A stretch of 64,000 nt of DNA, from positions 4,814-68,813 of IMG/VR virus record IMGVR_UViG_3300022911_000003; one strand, given 5' to 3'. Of the stretch, positions 9,859 to 18,923 are shown one piece after another. Below the pieces are notes generated by a model. That model worked only from the letters and a program-made list of their open reading frames with translations, had not been told where the DNA came from and ran no database searches. The DNA comes from a virus. The stretch's first letter is position 1; every line of letters starts with the position of its first letter. The position numbers and the translations under genes were made by a program.

Positions 9859-10217
9859 ATCGGAAACCCGTCGTCATAGTCTTCGTCCACCTCAGCGAAA
9901 TCCGAGTCGTGGACCTTCGGCGCCGGCAAAGCAGCAGTCTGGCGAGCCCGGCGATATTCCCAAGACTGGGGAGCGTTGTCGAAAGCATATTGCGCCGTGC
10001 AGGTCCGGAACTGATAGATCGACGAGCCTCCGACCAAGACAGGAGTCTTGAACTCACCGTCCTCGATCGGTTCGACTTCGCAGAACTTCTGGCCGAAGCG
10101 TTCAACTTCCTGGTATCGGCCGATGTGACGGACGTGACCAAGGACTTCTACCACGGCATAGTCGCCGTCTGGGTAAGTCTGGGTGGGCTCGGCAGGCATT
10201 TCGATGTCATCAGTCAT
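9855..10217 (-). CDS. Hypothetical phage protein
   Basis: YAVVEVLGH...GGSSIY pattern; acidic tail ending GFPI. Confidence 0.65.
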   Translation of the reverse strand: MTDDIEMPAEPTQTYPDGDYAVVEVLGHVRHIGRYQEVERFGQKFCEVEPIEDGEFKTPVLVGGSSIYQFRTCTAQYAFDNAPQSWEYRRARQTAALPAPKVHDSDFAEVDEDYDDGFPI

Positions 10218-10408
10218 TGCACAGTCCTCGTGGCTGCATCGTTGATAAAGGTGTCGACCAGCAGCCGGGCGTCGACGATCTCAGGTGCTGTTGCGATATG
10301 GCCCGAGCATCCCCATTCCAGAGTAGCGGCCTGAAACGCAGCGCCGCACTTGGTACAGACATATTCGTCAGTGCTGGAAACCCTGACCTTGTGGTGGTAC
10401 TCAACCAT
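10214..10408 (-). CDS. Small zinc-ribbon protein
   Basis: CTKC motif; overlap-coupled. Confidence 0.5.
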   Translation of the reverse strand: MVEYHHKVRVSSTDEYVCTKCGAAFQAATLEWGCSGHIATAPEIVDARLLVDTFINDAATRTVQ

Positions 10409-10553
10409 TGGCCTTCTCCTTGATCCGTTCAAACTCGTTCATGGCCTCGATCGCCGCCTTGGCCAGGTACTCGGAATAACTGCCGTGGACCCGAGCGTTG
10501 AAGGCTTCCAGTGCGATCTTCAGTTCGCGGCTTAGGTATTGAAGTCTGGTCAT
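10401..10553 (-). CDS. Small hypothetical protein
   Basis: ATGA overlap. Confidence 0.5.
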   Translation of the reverse strand: MTRLQYLSRELKIALEAFNARVHGSYSEYLAKAAIEAMNEFERIKEKANG

Positions 10554-10942
10554 TGTCTTGGTGGTTCCAGAGCAAGGCGAGGGCCGTGAAGATATTGCGG
10601 TTCGTCGACCACAGTGAAGTCGGCCCCGACCCACGCCATCATTTCAGCCAACTCTCGCTCTTGGCCCGCAGTCAGGTCTCTGCGGGTTTTCAACTCCCGC
10701 CAGACATGCTGGACGGCCTGCTTCATGTAGTCAGCGGTATAGAACGGCGAGAAACGATAGAACTGAATGTTACGGCCGACGCGAGCCTTGGGCGGGGCAC
10801 AGTGATTCCAGATCATCCTGAAGGTATAAAACAGGTGTCTGGTTTCCATGTCACGTGGAGCGTGCATGTTGTCGTGCCTGTCCTTCCAGCGCCACGTCAA
10901 CGCCGGAACCGATGGGTTTTGTGTCAGAACTGGCTGCATCAT
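10550..10942 (-). CDS. Hypothetical protein
   Basis: ATGA overlaps. Confidence 0.6.
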   Translation of the reverse strand: MMQPVLTQNPSVPALTWRWKDRHDNMHAPRDMETRHLFYTFRMIWNHCAPPKARVGRNIQFYRFSPFYTADYMKQAVQHVWRELKTRRDLTAGQERELAEMMAWVGADFTVVDEPQYLHGPRLALEPPRQ

Positions 10943-11595
10943 CTCGCCCTCATGGCCTGAACCAAATACGGGTCAGTCTCGGCCTGACCCAGATACCAGC
11001 GCACGTAATCGGCCGGCAGGTCTTTGATGGCCATGCCCTTGTGCTTGCCGAACTGCATCACGGTCGGGATGCGGGCTTCCTCGGACATTTGGTATAGGTC
11101 GGCCATGTTGGCGGGATGCAGAACCTCGATCAGTTTTTGCAGCACGAACGCCGTCGCAAGGATGTCTGTCTCGACGCTGTGCGCACTGGCGAAGAATTCC
11201 TTGAACCGGGCCACGTCGAGGTAAGCGACCAACGCCATCAGTTTGTGGCTGTCGAGATCGGGCCATACCTTGCGGGCCAGACAGAGCGTGTCGATGCGCT
11301 TGCAGTCCGGCTTTCCGACAGCGGCCCAGTCAAAGTCCACATTCTGGCCAATCATGTATTCGTGGCCGAAACTGGACATAACGAACGGCTCCCGGTCCGC
11401 AACGTCCTGCTCGGTAATGCCATGAACCGACATGGCGCCGAATTCGATGGGCTTCGTGGGCTTGTAGCGCAATGACCACAGACCGCCGAATGACCATGCT
11501 TCGTCGAACATGACCAACATCTGGCCGTACTCGACGACGGATGGTTCGACAATACCCGTGGTCTCGGTGTCGATCAGGAGTGCTGTTTCGGTCAT
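10939..11595 (-). CDS. DEDDh 3'-5' exonuclease (ExoX-like)
   Basis: LIDTETTG, QNVDFD, IDTL and AHSVETD motifs; C-terminal MQFGKHKG...LPADYVRW domain. Confidence 0.88.
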   Translation of the reverse strand: MTETALLIDTETTGIVEPSVVEYGQMLVMFDEAWSFGGLWSLRYKPTKPIEFGAMSVHGITEQDVADREPFVMSSFGHEYMIGQNVDFDWAAVGKPDCKRIDTLCLARKVWPDLDSHKLMALVAYLDVARFKEFFASAHSVETDILATAFVLQKLIEVLHPANMADLYQMSEEARIPTVMQFGKHKGMAIKDLPADYVRWYLGQAETDPYLVQAMRAR

Positions 11596-12953
11596 TGGTC
11601 ATCCTTCACTTCAACAAAGAACGGGTCGCCGGGGAAGGCATTGGCCCACAACTCCGTGTCGCGAATCGCGGCGTAGAGTTCGTGATCCTGGTCGATGGCG
11701 ATGGCGGCTTCCCACGGCCCGATCTTCTCGTCCCTGAGCCACGTCAGAAGCTGCACGATCTCGTCCCAAGATTTTGCCGCACGGGCACGTTTGATGGCGT
11801 TGGCGATAAGTCCTGCGCTGGGGGCTTGAGTGCCTTCCTGCGAAGTTTGCGGCCCGTCGGCAGGCCCTTCCGGTTCGATAGCTGCTGCCCGATCCGCGTC
11901 AGAGATAGACTGGTCAGAAGGGGTGTCGAGCCGGGGCTCAATAGGGGTGCCGGTTGCAGCATTATTTTCCGGCTCAGATCGTTGCTCAGGCTTGGGTTCG
12001 ACCCGGCCGGTCGGCGGCGGTGAAACAGGTTCTCGCCCAGCGGAATTCCCTTGTTGCTGCTCAGGTTCGCGGCGGCGGTGAGCGTCTTCCCGCCCGGCCT
12101 GTTCTTGGCTAGTACGGTTCGTTGGCGCCTCGGGAATATCGTCAGCCGGATTGTGTGTCAGGGCGACTGTGGTCACGACAGGAACGGCGGCCTGTACCTT
12201 CGTGAAATCGTAGAACGACTCCTCGTTAGCCACGACCGTTTTCAGTTCTTCGAACGGCAGCGTCTTGGACAGGGAGTGAATCGCGGTCTTGATCGACATT
12301 TCGTCTTCGTACTTCGACCAGACGTTGTCTGACTTCGACGCGGCCTTGGCCTTCGCGATCTTCTTCTTCGACAGGGCGCGCATGTGCTGCACGCCGTCCT
12401 TGGTTTCGACGATGCAGTATGACGCGATGATCTTCGGGTTGTCTTCGTTCCGAATTTCCAGAGATGGCTTGTGCTTGATCGAGGGCGCATCGCCGCCCGT
12501 GATGTCATAAAACTCCCCGTCGTAAATCACATCGGTGATGATGCGCTGGACCCGGCCGGTGCGGTACAGGATTTCGACGATGCCCTTGACCATGACCATG
12601 GCCTGGACTTTCTTGATCCACTGCTCCCGGCCGTTGGCGTCCTTGACCTTGGTGCTGTAGATCACCAGCGCGGCCTGCTTGCCATCGGGATTGACGCGGT
12701 ACGTCGCCAACTGGACACATGCCTGAAACAGAGAGGTGCGATCCGCGTTGAGCAGTTCCGGGTCTTTCAGCAGGGCGTTCTTCACGACGCTGACGAATCG
12801 CTTGGCGACATCCATGCCTTGAAGCAGGCCGGCGAGTTCACCCAACCTGTTGTCGAGTTGGCCGATGAACTGCGTCATGGCACCGTGCCTTGTTTCAGTC
12901 GGTGCCGCTGTGGCAGCCTGAGTCGCGACTTGGTTCTTGCCTGGTTCGGCCAT
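11592..12953 (-). CDS. recT: RecT-family recombinase with long low-complexity C-terminal extension
   Basis: RTSLFQACVQLA...NPDGKQAAL and WSKYEDEMSIKTAIH RecT motifs. Confidence 0.85.
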   Translation of the reverse strand: MAEPGKNQVATQAATAAPTETRHGAMTQFIGQLDNRLGELAGLLQGMDVAKRFVSVVKNALLKDPELLNADRTSLFQACVQLATYRVNPDGKQAALVIYSTKVKDANGREQWIKKVQAMVMVKGIVEILYRTGRVQRIITDVIYDGEFYDITGGDAPSIKHKPSLEIRNEDNPKIIASYCIVETKDGVQHMRALSKKKIAKAKAASKSDNVWSKYEDEMSIKTAIHSLSKTLPFEELKTVVANEESFYDFTKVQAAVPVVTTVALTHNPADDIPEAPTNRTSQEQAGREDAHRRREPEQQQGNSAGREPVSPPPTGRVEPKPEQRSEPENNAATGTPIEPRLDTPSDQSISDADRAAAIEPEGPADGPQTSQEGTQAPSAGLIANAIKRARAAKSWDEIVQLLTWLRDEKIGPWEAAIAIDQDHELYAAIRDTELWANAFPGDPFFVEVKDDQ

Positions 12954-12994
12954 TTAGATTCGCTCCGATTGCTGATGTCGGAAAAATCTTACAC

Positions 12995-13022
12995 TTGACG
13001 TGGCACAAAAACAAGTCATATT
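12995..13022 (+). promoter_or_regulatory. Rightward early promoter
   Basis: TTGACG-16 nt-CATATT in the divergent intergenic region. Confidence 0.5.
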
Positions 13023-13030
13023 GTCGCGAA

Positions 13031-13044
13031 ATGTTGCACGTGTC
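13031..13044 (+). promoter_or_regulatory. Repeated 14-bp regulatory motif ATGTTGCAC(G/C)TGTC, copy 1
   Basis: Same motif at 33933-33946 (+, exact) and 32404-32417 (-, one mismatch); all intergenic. Confidence 0.6.
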
Positions 13045-13059
13045 GCATGGAAGATAAAC

Positions 13060-13314
13060 ATGACAACTGAACTTTCCCCAGAAATGGCCGATTTCTTTAT
13101 CCGACTCAGCGTGACTGGAATGACTGAGCCCGAGTTTGGACATCGTGCCAACCTATCTGCTGCCACGCTGCGGCGCTGGCGCAATGGTCGCCCGCCCGAG
13201 GGTAACCGACTCGGCACAGCAGTAGCCGCAGTCAACCAGGTCCTTCGCGAAAAGCGGGACCGCATCGACGAACTTCTCAACGCTGACAAAGGAGTTTCAG
13301 CACATGGCGAATGA
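13060..13314 (+). CDS. Cro-like helix-turn-helix protein
   Basis: EFGHRANLSAATLRRWRNG HTH; first gene of the rightward operon. Confidence 0.65.
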   Translation: MTTELSPEMADFFIRLSVTGMTEPEFGHRANLSAATLRRWRNGRPPEGNRLGTAVAAVNQVLREKRDRIDELLNADKGVSAHGE

Positions 13315-14020
13315 CGAACCCGCTGGCCAAGGCCACAACCGCAGTCCGGAAGATGTCTTCCAAGAGCACCTGAGCCTGGTCCTGCGTCACAAGCGCGGTC
13401 CTCTGGCTCTGGCCAAGGCTGCGTTCGATGCGCAGAAGAAAAAACTGAAGTCCCTGTTGGCCGATGCCAAGAAGGACAACATCAAGTTGGTCCAATTCAA
13501 TCGAACGATCGACGCTCTGGATATGGATGATGAAGACGCTGCTGCGTCCAACTCGCAGGCTCAGCGTCAATATGATATTTGGGCAGGGGTCGACGTCGGT
13601 GAACAACTGGACTGGCTCGAACCCAAGAACCCCAAGCCCAGCGGCAAAACCGATGCCGAGCGCTGGTATCGCAGGGGTTTTGAAGATATCCGCTTCGGCG
13701 CGCTCGACCCCGAAGGCTATATCAATCCTGTCACGGGCAAGGCCGAGCCCGGAATGATCATGCCAGGGTCGCCACCGAAGTACGTCCCGGCCGAAAATAT
13801 CAACGACTGGGCCGACGGCGCCAACGCTGCGAACAAGTTGAACGAAGCCGACTTCCTGGCCCGGTGCGACAAGAAAGCCGACACGCCGGTCGAACAGGCC
13901 GCCAAGAAGGGTCGCAAGGCCAAGGCTACGACGCCGGCCGAAACCACGAAGCCGATCGAGGGCGCTGAACTGTCCGACGAACAGCAGGCCGATCTTGCTG
14001 CCGAGTTCGAAGGCGCCTGA
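13304..14020 (+). CDS. Phage protein with possible GapR/DUF2312-like N-terminal domain
   Basis: GHN...KKKLKSLLADAKKD...MDDED...QYDIWAG resembles the GapR helical pattern. Confidence 0.4.
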   Translation: MANDEPAGQGHNRSPEDVFQEHLSLVLRHKRGPLALAKAAFDAQKKKLKSLLADAKKDNIKLVQFNRTIDALDMDDEDAAASNSQAQRQYDIWAGVDVGEQLDWLEPKNPKPSGKTDAERWYRRGFEDIRFGALDPEGYINPVTGKAEPGMIMPGSPPKYVPAENINDWADGANAANKLNEADFLARCDKKADTPVEQAAKKGRKAKATTPAETTKPIEGAELSDEQQADLAAEFEGA

Positions 14021-14022
14021 CC

Positions 14023-14421
14023 ATGGAAGGAAAATATCACATGCAAACCGCGACCAGACTCCCGACCATCGTCGGCGATCCAACTGCTCACTCTATCGCA
14101 ATGTTCCAGAAGCGTGTCTTTCAGCGCCTGACCAAAGGTCTTGAAGGTGAAGACTTCAAGCGCGAACTAACTCTGGCAAGCCAAACCGAACAAAGAATGC
14201 GTCCTCCCATGGGACGCCTGATTGGTCACGGCCAGCAACTCGCAGCGATTCGCGAGCGAAAAGCAGCCGAAGCAATGCCTACCACCTCTGACTCTGTCGA
14301 TTCGCGTCAGGTGAAGCGCCGCGTCGAACTGAAGGCCCGCAAGAAAACCGCGGCGGCCGAGCGGAAGGCAGCCATCGCCAATCGTCTTCGTCAGACCCGG
14401 AAGAAAACCGGGACAGCATGA
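14023..14421 (+). CDS. Basic hypothetical protein
   Basis: Packed in the operon; Lys/Arg-rich C-terminus. Confidence 0.55.
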   Translation: MEGKYHMQTATRLPTIVGDPTAHSIAMFQKRVFQRLTKGLEGEDFKRELTLASQTEQRMRPPMGRLIGHGQQLAAIRERKAAEAMPTTSDSVDSRQVKRRVELKARKKTAAAERKAAIANRLRQTRKKTGTA

Positions 14422-14858
14422 CGGATCGAAAGCCTGACCTGCAATTGTTCCTTGGCGGCAAAGTCGTCGCCAAGGGACGGGCACGCACCGCAACGCGCAA
14501 GCGATCCGCTGCCAAAGGTGGTGGGACGTGGATCGCTCACATCACCCCTCCTGCCACTGAGAACTACGAGAAGGCGATCAAGGCCGAGGTTCTGAGAATT
14601 CTGCGTGCCCCACTATCTGGTCCACTCTGGGTCAAGGTCATCTTCTACATTGCCCCCCCGAGGTCCTGGTCCAAGAAAGCGCAGGCCGCAGCGGTCGGAA
14701 CCTACGTCGTTTCTAAGCCAGACCTTGATAACTATGTCAAAATATTCGACGGCCTCAACGAGGTGGCGTGGCACGACGATAGCCAGATCGTGAAACTTCA
14801 AGCCGTCAAAAAGTACAGCGAGGCGCCCGGAATGGCTCTCCAGATATTCCGTTTATAA
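14418..14858 (+). CDS. rusA: RusA-family Holliday junction resolvase
   Basis: KPDLDNYVK...WHDDSQIV motif. Confidence 0.9.
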   Translation: MTDRKPDLQLFLGGKVVAKGRARTATRKRSAAKGGGTWIAHITPPATENYEKAIKAEVLRILRAPLSGPLWVKVIFYIAPPRSWSKKAQAAAVGTYVVSKPDLDNYVKIFDGLNEVAWHDDSQIVKLQAVKKYSEAPGMALQIFRL

Positions 14859-14871
14859 CAAGGGGATTTCC

Positions 14872-16095
14872 TTGACACATTCTGATTGCAGCCTCCACCT
14901 CGGAGACTGTCGTGAAGTCATGGCTGCGATGCCGGACAACTCTGTAGACTCGATCGTCTGTGATCCGCCGTATGAAATCGACTTCATGGGCAAAGGTTGG
15001 GACAGGTCTGGCATAGCCTATGATCCTGTGGTCTGGCAGCAATGTCTCAGAGTTCTGAGGCCTGGTGGGCACATGGTCGCGGCGTCTCACGTCAAGACGT
15101 ATCACCGCATGGCAATAGCGATCGAGGATTCCGGGTTTGAGATCCGCGACATGATACCTTGGATCTATTCCAGTGGTTTCCCGAAGAACCATGACGCGGA
15201 GCGCGCCGTGGCTCAGAAGCAATGCGTGCTGCCCGGCCGGCACTTCTCACGCCAGGTTCCGGAAGGTGCAAAGTTCATGGAAGGCGACCACATTTGCCAC
15301 GAGACTGCGGACAGTCTCATATGGAAAGGCTTTGGCACAGCCCTGAAACCGGCCAACGAACCATTCTGTCTGGCCCGCAAGCCACTTGATGGCAGCGTGG
15401 CTGAGAACATCCTGAAATGGGGCGTTGGGGTGCTGAATATCGACGACTGCAGGGTTGGGGATGACGAGGCAGAGCGCGGACGCTGGCCGGCCAACATCAT
15501 TACTGACGGTTCTGAACCGATCACTAGCCAGTTTCCAGAGGTCGCTGCGGGCGGGGGTTTGACTGGTAACGAGCCATCTCGTCCCATGGGCGGCCATGTC
15601 TACGGTGACATGAATGGGCGGCACACGTGGCAGTCCTATGATGACTTCGGATCAGCGGCGCGGTTCTTCTACTGTGCCAAGTCATCTACAGAGGATCGTG
15701 AACACGGCCTTGAAATGCTGGAACACCAGTTGCCGGCTGCTGCGCAGTTCAGGCCGAACCACTTGGAAAAGGCCAATGATGGCGAGGCGGGAAACCCATA
15801 TGGACGGTACAGGAAGCGCAAAAATATCCATCCGACCGTCAAGCCAGTGGGCCTGATGCGATACCTGTGCCGGCTGATCACGCCACGAGGCGGAACGGTA
15901 CTGGACCCTTTTATGGGATCTGGCAGCACGGGCAAGGCAGCGAGGCACGAGATCTTCAAATTCATCGGCATCGACATCACGCCTGAATATTATGAAATCG
16001 CCACCAGACGCCTGAGTGCGGTCGTGGCTCAAATGGATCTATTCCGGCACGTCAAACCCCAAGCCCAGCAACCCAGCATGTTCGGTGACGAATGA
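14872..16095 (+). CDS. Beta-class N6-A/N4-C DNA methyltransferase
   Basis: DPPY (motif IV), HPTVKP and VLDPFMGSGST (motif I). Confidence 0.9.
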   Translation: MTHSDCSLHLGDCREVMAAMPDNSVDSIVCDPPYEIDFMGKGWDRSGIAYDPVVWQQCLRVLRPGGHMVAASHVKTYHRMAIAIEDSGFEIRDMIPWIYSSGFPKNHDAERAVAQKQCVLPGRHFSRQVPEGAKFMEGDHICHETADSLIWKGFGTALKPANEPFCLARKPLDGSVAENILKWGVGVLNIDDCRVGDDEAERGRWPANIITDGSEPITSQFPEVAAGGGLTGNEPSRPMGGHVYGDMNGRHTWQSYDDFGSAARFFYCAKSSTEDREHGLEMLEHQLPAAAQFRPNHLEKANDGEAGNPYGRYRKRKNIHPTVKPVGLMRYLCRLITPRGGTVLDPFMGSGSTGKAARHEIFKFIGIDITPEYYEIATRRLSAVVAQMDLFRHVKPQAQQPSMFGDE

Positions 16096-17402
16096 GTGAG
16101 GCAGAAAATGACCTGGATCTATGTCCCATCAACCTCATCAGTCTGTGTACCGGAGGAGGCGGACTCGATCTCGGATTCGAGTTGGCGGTTCCAGGTGCTC
16201 GAAGCGTCGTGCTGGTCGAGAGGGAAACCTACGCGATCGCGCAACTGGTATCAGCTATGGAAGCGGGGCTTATGGCTCCAGCGCCTGTGTGGAGCGATGT
16301 GTTCACCTTCCGCGGCCGAGACTGGCGTGGCGCAGTGGACGGCGTCATTGGTGGAATCCCGTGCCAACCACACAGTCTCGCTGGCAAGCGACTCGGCGAA
16401 GAAGACGAACGCGATCTCTGGTCCGATGCAAGGCGAATCATCGTCCAGTCCGGGGCGTGGTTCTGCCTCATTGAAAACGTCCGCGGCATGGTCTCATCGG
16501 GCGGACTCGAGCGAGTTTGGCGAGACCTTCGACGGCTTGGTTTCACGGTTGAGGTTGGACTGTTCACGGCGGAGGAAGTCGGCGCCAGTCACGAGCGGGA
16601 GCGAGTCTTCATCCTCGCAGTGGCGAACCCCGACCGACGACTCGAACCGCGGCGGAGCGCAGTCCGGCCTGAAGCGGCTTCAGGCCGGACATACAATGAA
16701 CCTGCAAGATCAAGTGGTGGACTTTCGTGTGGAGTCGGCCAGGCCGACTCCAGCGACACGGGATTACAAGGGCGCGAACTCAGCGGATCACTTGGAGAAC
16801 GGCACGGGTCGGAAGCATCTGGATCAACTGCCAAACTTCGTCCAGCACATTTGGTCGACGCCCAGGGCGTCGGACGGGGAGAAGGGCAGTCCGAATCAGG
16901 ATTTCGGAGCAGGCGGGACACCTTTGCCGGCGCAAGCAGTGCAATGGCAGACGCCGAAGGTGGCGCCGGGGGCCTATACGAGGGACCGCGGCCAGAAAGG
17001 TCAGGAACGCCTGTCCGTCGAGGGACAGGCGCGGAGCGAGACTTGGTCGACACCGTCGGTAGCGGACGTGATGGGGGGCAGGCTGTCTCGGGACCGAGAC
17101 AGGTCGGACGAACTGTTGATGAACGGTCAGGCGGCTTCCCTATCTTCCCACCTGGACCAAATGACTTATCCGGTTGGCGGGATATCCTCGACCGAGCGCC
17201 GGAGTTTGAACCCAGTTTTCGTCGAGTATCTGATGGGTTGGCCTCTCGGATGGACATTGCTCGCGTGGACCGACTTAGGATGCTCGGCAACGGCGTTGTG
17301 CCACTTCAAGCAGCGTATGCGGTCAGAACTCTTGCGCATCGGCTTGCCGCCAGAGGCTCCGCTGGTGCAGCCAGACTTGTTCGGATGATGGACCATGACT
17401 GA
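16092..17402 (+). CDS. C5-cytosine DNA methyltransferase, alpha polypeptide (motifs I-VIII and X)
   Basis: LISLCTGGGGLDLG, GIPCQPHS, IENVRG, HERERVFI and RLRMLGNGVVP. Motif IX is absent from this frame. Confidence 0.88.
   Translation: MSEAENDLDLCPINLISLCTGGGGLDLGFELAVPGARSVVLVERETYAIAQLVSAMEAGLMAPAPVWSDVFTFRGRDWRGAVDGVIGGIPCQPHSLAGKRLGEEDERDLWSDARRIIVQSGAWFCLIENVRGMVSSGGLERVWRDLRRLGFTVEVGLFTAEEVGASHERERVFILAVANPDRRLEPRRSAVRPEAASGRTYNEPARSSGGLSCGVGQADSSDTGLQGRELSGSLGERHGSEASGSTAKLRPAHLVDAQGVGRGEGQSESGFRSRRDTFAGASSAMADAEGGAGGLYEGPRPERSGTPVRRGTGAERDLVDTVGSGRDGGQAVSGPRQVGRTVDERSGGFPIFPPGPNDLSGWRDILDRAPEFEPSFRRVSDGLASRMDIARVDRLRMLGNGVVPLQAAYAVRTLAHRLAARGSAGAARLVRMMDHD
16108..17388 (+). CDS. C5 methyltransferase beta polypeptide nested in the +1 frame (TRD-like repeats and motif IX)
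   Basis: 1.3 kb stop-free overlapping frame with GAGG RBS; five WxTP repeats; RRSLNPVFVEYLMGWPLGWT is motif IX-like. Confidence 0.75.
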   Translation: MTWIYVPSTSSVCVPEEADSISDSSWRFQVLEASCWSRGKPTRSRNWYQLWKRGLWLQRLCGAMCSPSAAETGVAQWTASLVESRANHTVSLASDSAKKTNAISGPMQGESSSSPGRGSASLKTSAAWSHRADSSEFGETFDGLVSRLRLDCSRRRKSAPVTSGSESSSSQWRTPTDDSNRGGAQSGLKRLQAGHTMNLQDQVVDFRVESARPTPATRDYKGANSADHLENGTGRKHLDQLPNFVQHIWSTPRASDGEKGSPNQDFGAGGTPLPAQAVQWQTPKVAPGAYTRDRGQKGQERLSVEGQARSETWSTPSVADVMGGRLSRDRDRSDELLMNGQAASLSSHLDQMTYPVGGISSTERRSLNPVFVEYLMGWPLGWTLLAWTDLGCSATALCHFKQRMRSELLRIGLPPEAPLVQPDLFG

Positions 17403-18765
17403 AACATCAAATCTTGGCAGCGAGCAGGCCCTTCTCGGCACGCTGCTGTACGAGAACGAGGCGCTTGAACTGATCCAGAACGGCTTAAAGCCGGAACACT
17501 TCGCAGAGCCATTCCACCAGAGACTGTTCGCAACGATCCTGGCATGGCGCGATGAGAGGCCGGCCAGGTTGGCGAACCCAACCCTGTTGGCGAAGAAGTT
17601 TGCCGAGGATCAGGCCTACCTCGACTTGGGCGGCATAACTTATTTCGCCGATCTGGTCGACCGCGCCCCTCCTATGGCCAACATCGGCCAGTACGCCCGC
17701 GACATTCTTAACCTGTGGCAGTTGCGCAGGCTCGAGTCGGCCGCGAGCAGGGCGACAGTATTTGATGATGCTCAGGAGGCTATGTCGTTCCTGAGAAAAG
17801 CCGTGGACAGCATCGACGAGGCCAGCCCCGAGGAAGATGACCTTGAGGCGTCCGACACCATTGCTGCGAAGTTTATGGCCCAAATGGGAGACATGGCGAG
17901 GTCTGGGAAGACTCTGGGTCTCAGGTCTGGACTGGCGTCATTCGATGATGTGGTGGGCGGCCTTGTCCCGTCGGACCTGATTATTCTCGCAGGCACGGCG
18001 TCCATGGGCAAGAGTCTGGCCGGCCGATCACTGATCTACAAGGCCGCTGCGGCAAATCCGGACAAACTGTTCCTGATCTACAGCTTGGAAATGCCGAAGT
18101 GGCAGTTGATGGCCCGGACCATCTCGGAACTGGCGTACTGGAAAGGCCAGAAGATTCCGTACCGAAACTACAAGTCTCCGTCGGTCCGGATGCAGGAGGA
18201 CCTGCTGCCGTTTCAGGACATGGTTCCGTCCAATGTGCTGATATCGGAGCGCCGCCGCCTGTCGATGGAGGATATCGAGCGCAGCGTCAGGCGGACAGTC
18301 CGAACCAAAGGCCAGGTCGGGGCATATCTCGTCGACCACATCCATGAACTCAGGGTCGACGACAAAGCCTTCGATCCCTACGGCGAGGCGGCGGGACGGG
18401 CCAAGGTGCTGAATGCTGAACTGGGACTGACGGGTATTTTGCTGAGCCAGTTGAGCCGGGCGGTCCAGGGCCGGGACGGAAAGCGACCCTTGATCTCCGA
18501 CCTGCGACAGTCCGGGTCTTTGGAGCAGAAGGCCGACGTCGTCATGTTCCCATACCGAGAATGGCAGGTCCTGAAAGACGAAAAGCCCCGAAAGGAATCG
18601 GCGCAGCAGGACTGGGAAAACAAGATGGCGGCGGCGAAGAACAAGTTGACCATGATCTATGCCAAGGTCAGGTCCGGAGCGCCCGAGGACCGTGACATGT
18701 GGTGCAACCCGGCCTTCGACACTTTCGCCGATCAAGCCCCGGCCGACACGATCTGGGAGGACTGA
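17395..18765 (+). CDS. dnaB: DnaB-like replicative helicase
   Basis: EQALLGTLL, LIILAGTASMGKS, YSLEMP, LSQLSRAV and DLRQSGSLEQKADVV. Confidence 0.92.
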   Translation: MTETSNLGSEQALLGTLLYENEALELIQNGLKPEHFAEPFHQRLFATILAWRDERPARLANPTLLAKKFAEDQAYLDLGGITYFADLVDRAPPMANIGQYARDILNLWQLRRLESAASRATVFDDAQEAMSFLRKAVDSIDEASPEEDDLEASDTIAAKFMAQMGDMARSGKTLGLRSGLASFDDVVGGLVPSDLIILAGTASMGKSLAGRSLIYKAAAANPDKLFLIYSLEMPKWQLMARTISELAYWKGQKIPYRNYKSPSVRMQEDLLPFQDMVPSNVLISERRRLSMEDIERSVRRTVRTKGQVGAYLVDHIHELRVDDKAFDPYGEAAGRAKVLNAELGLTGILLSQLSRAVQGRDGKRPLISDLRQSGSLEQKADVVMFPYREWQVLKDEKPRKESAQQDWENKMAAAKNKLTMIYAKVRSGAPEDRDMWCNPAFDTFADQAPADTIWED

Positions 18766-18923
18766 GATTTCGGTGGCGTTCTGACGATATTTTGGTAAGA
18801 GTGGCGGGGCGGCGAGGTCCTGAGAAACCTCAACCGCCACATTATCGGCCTGCAAGGAGGGCCGCGCACATGAAAAACAATAGACGACACACGTGTACGA
18901 TTCAAGACGGTCTTTGCTGACCA

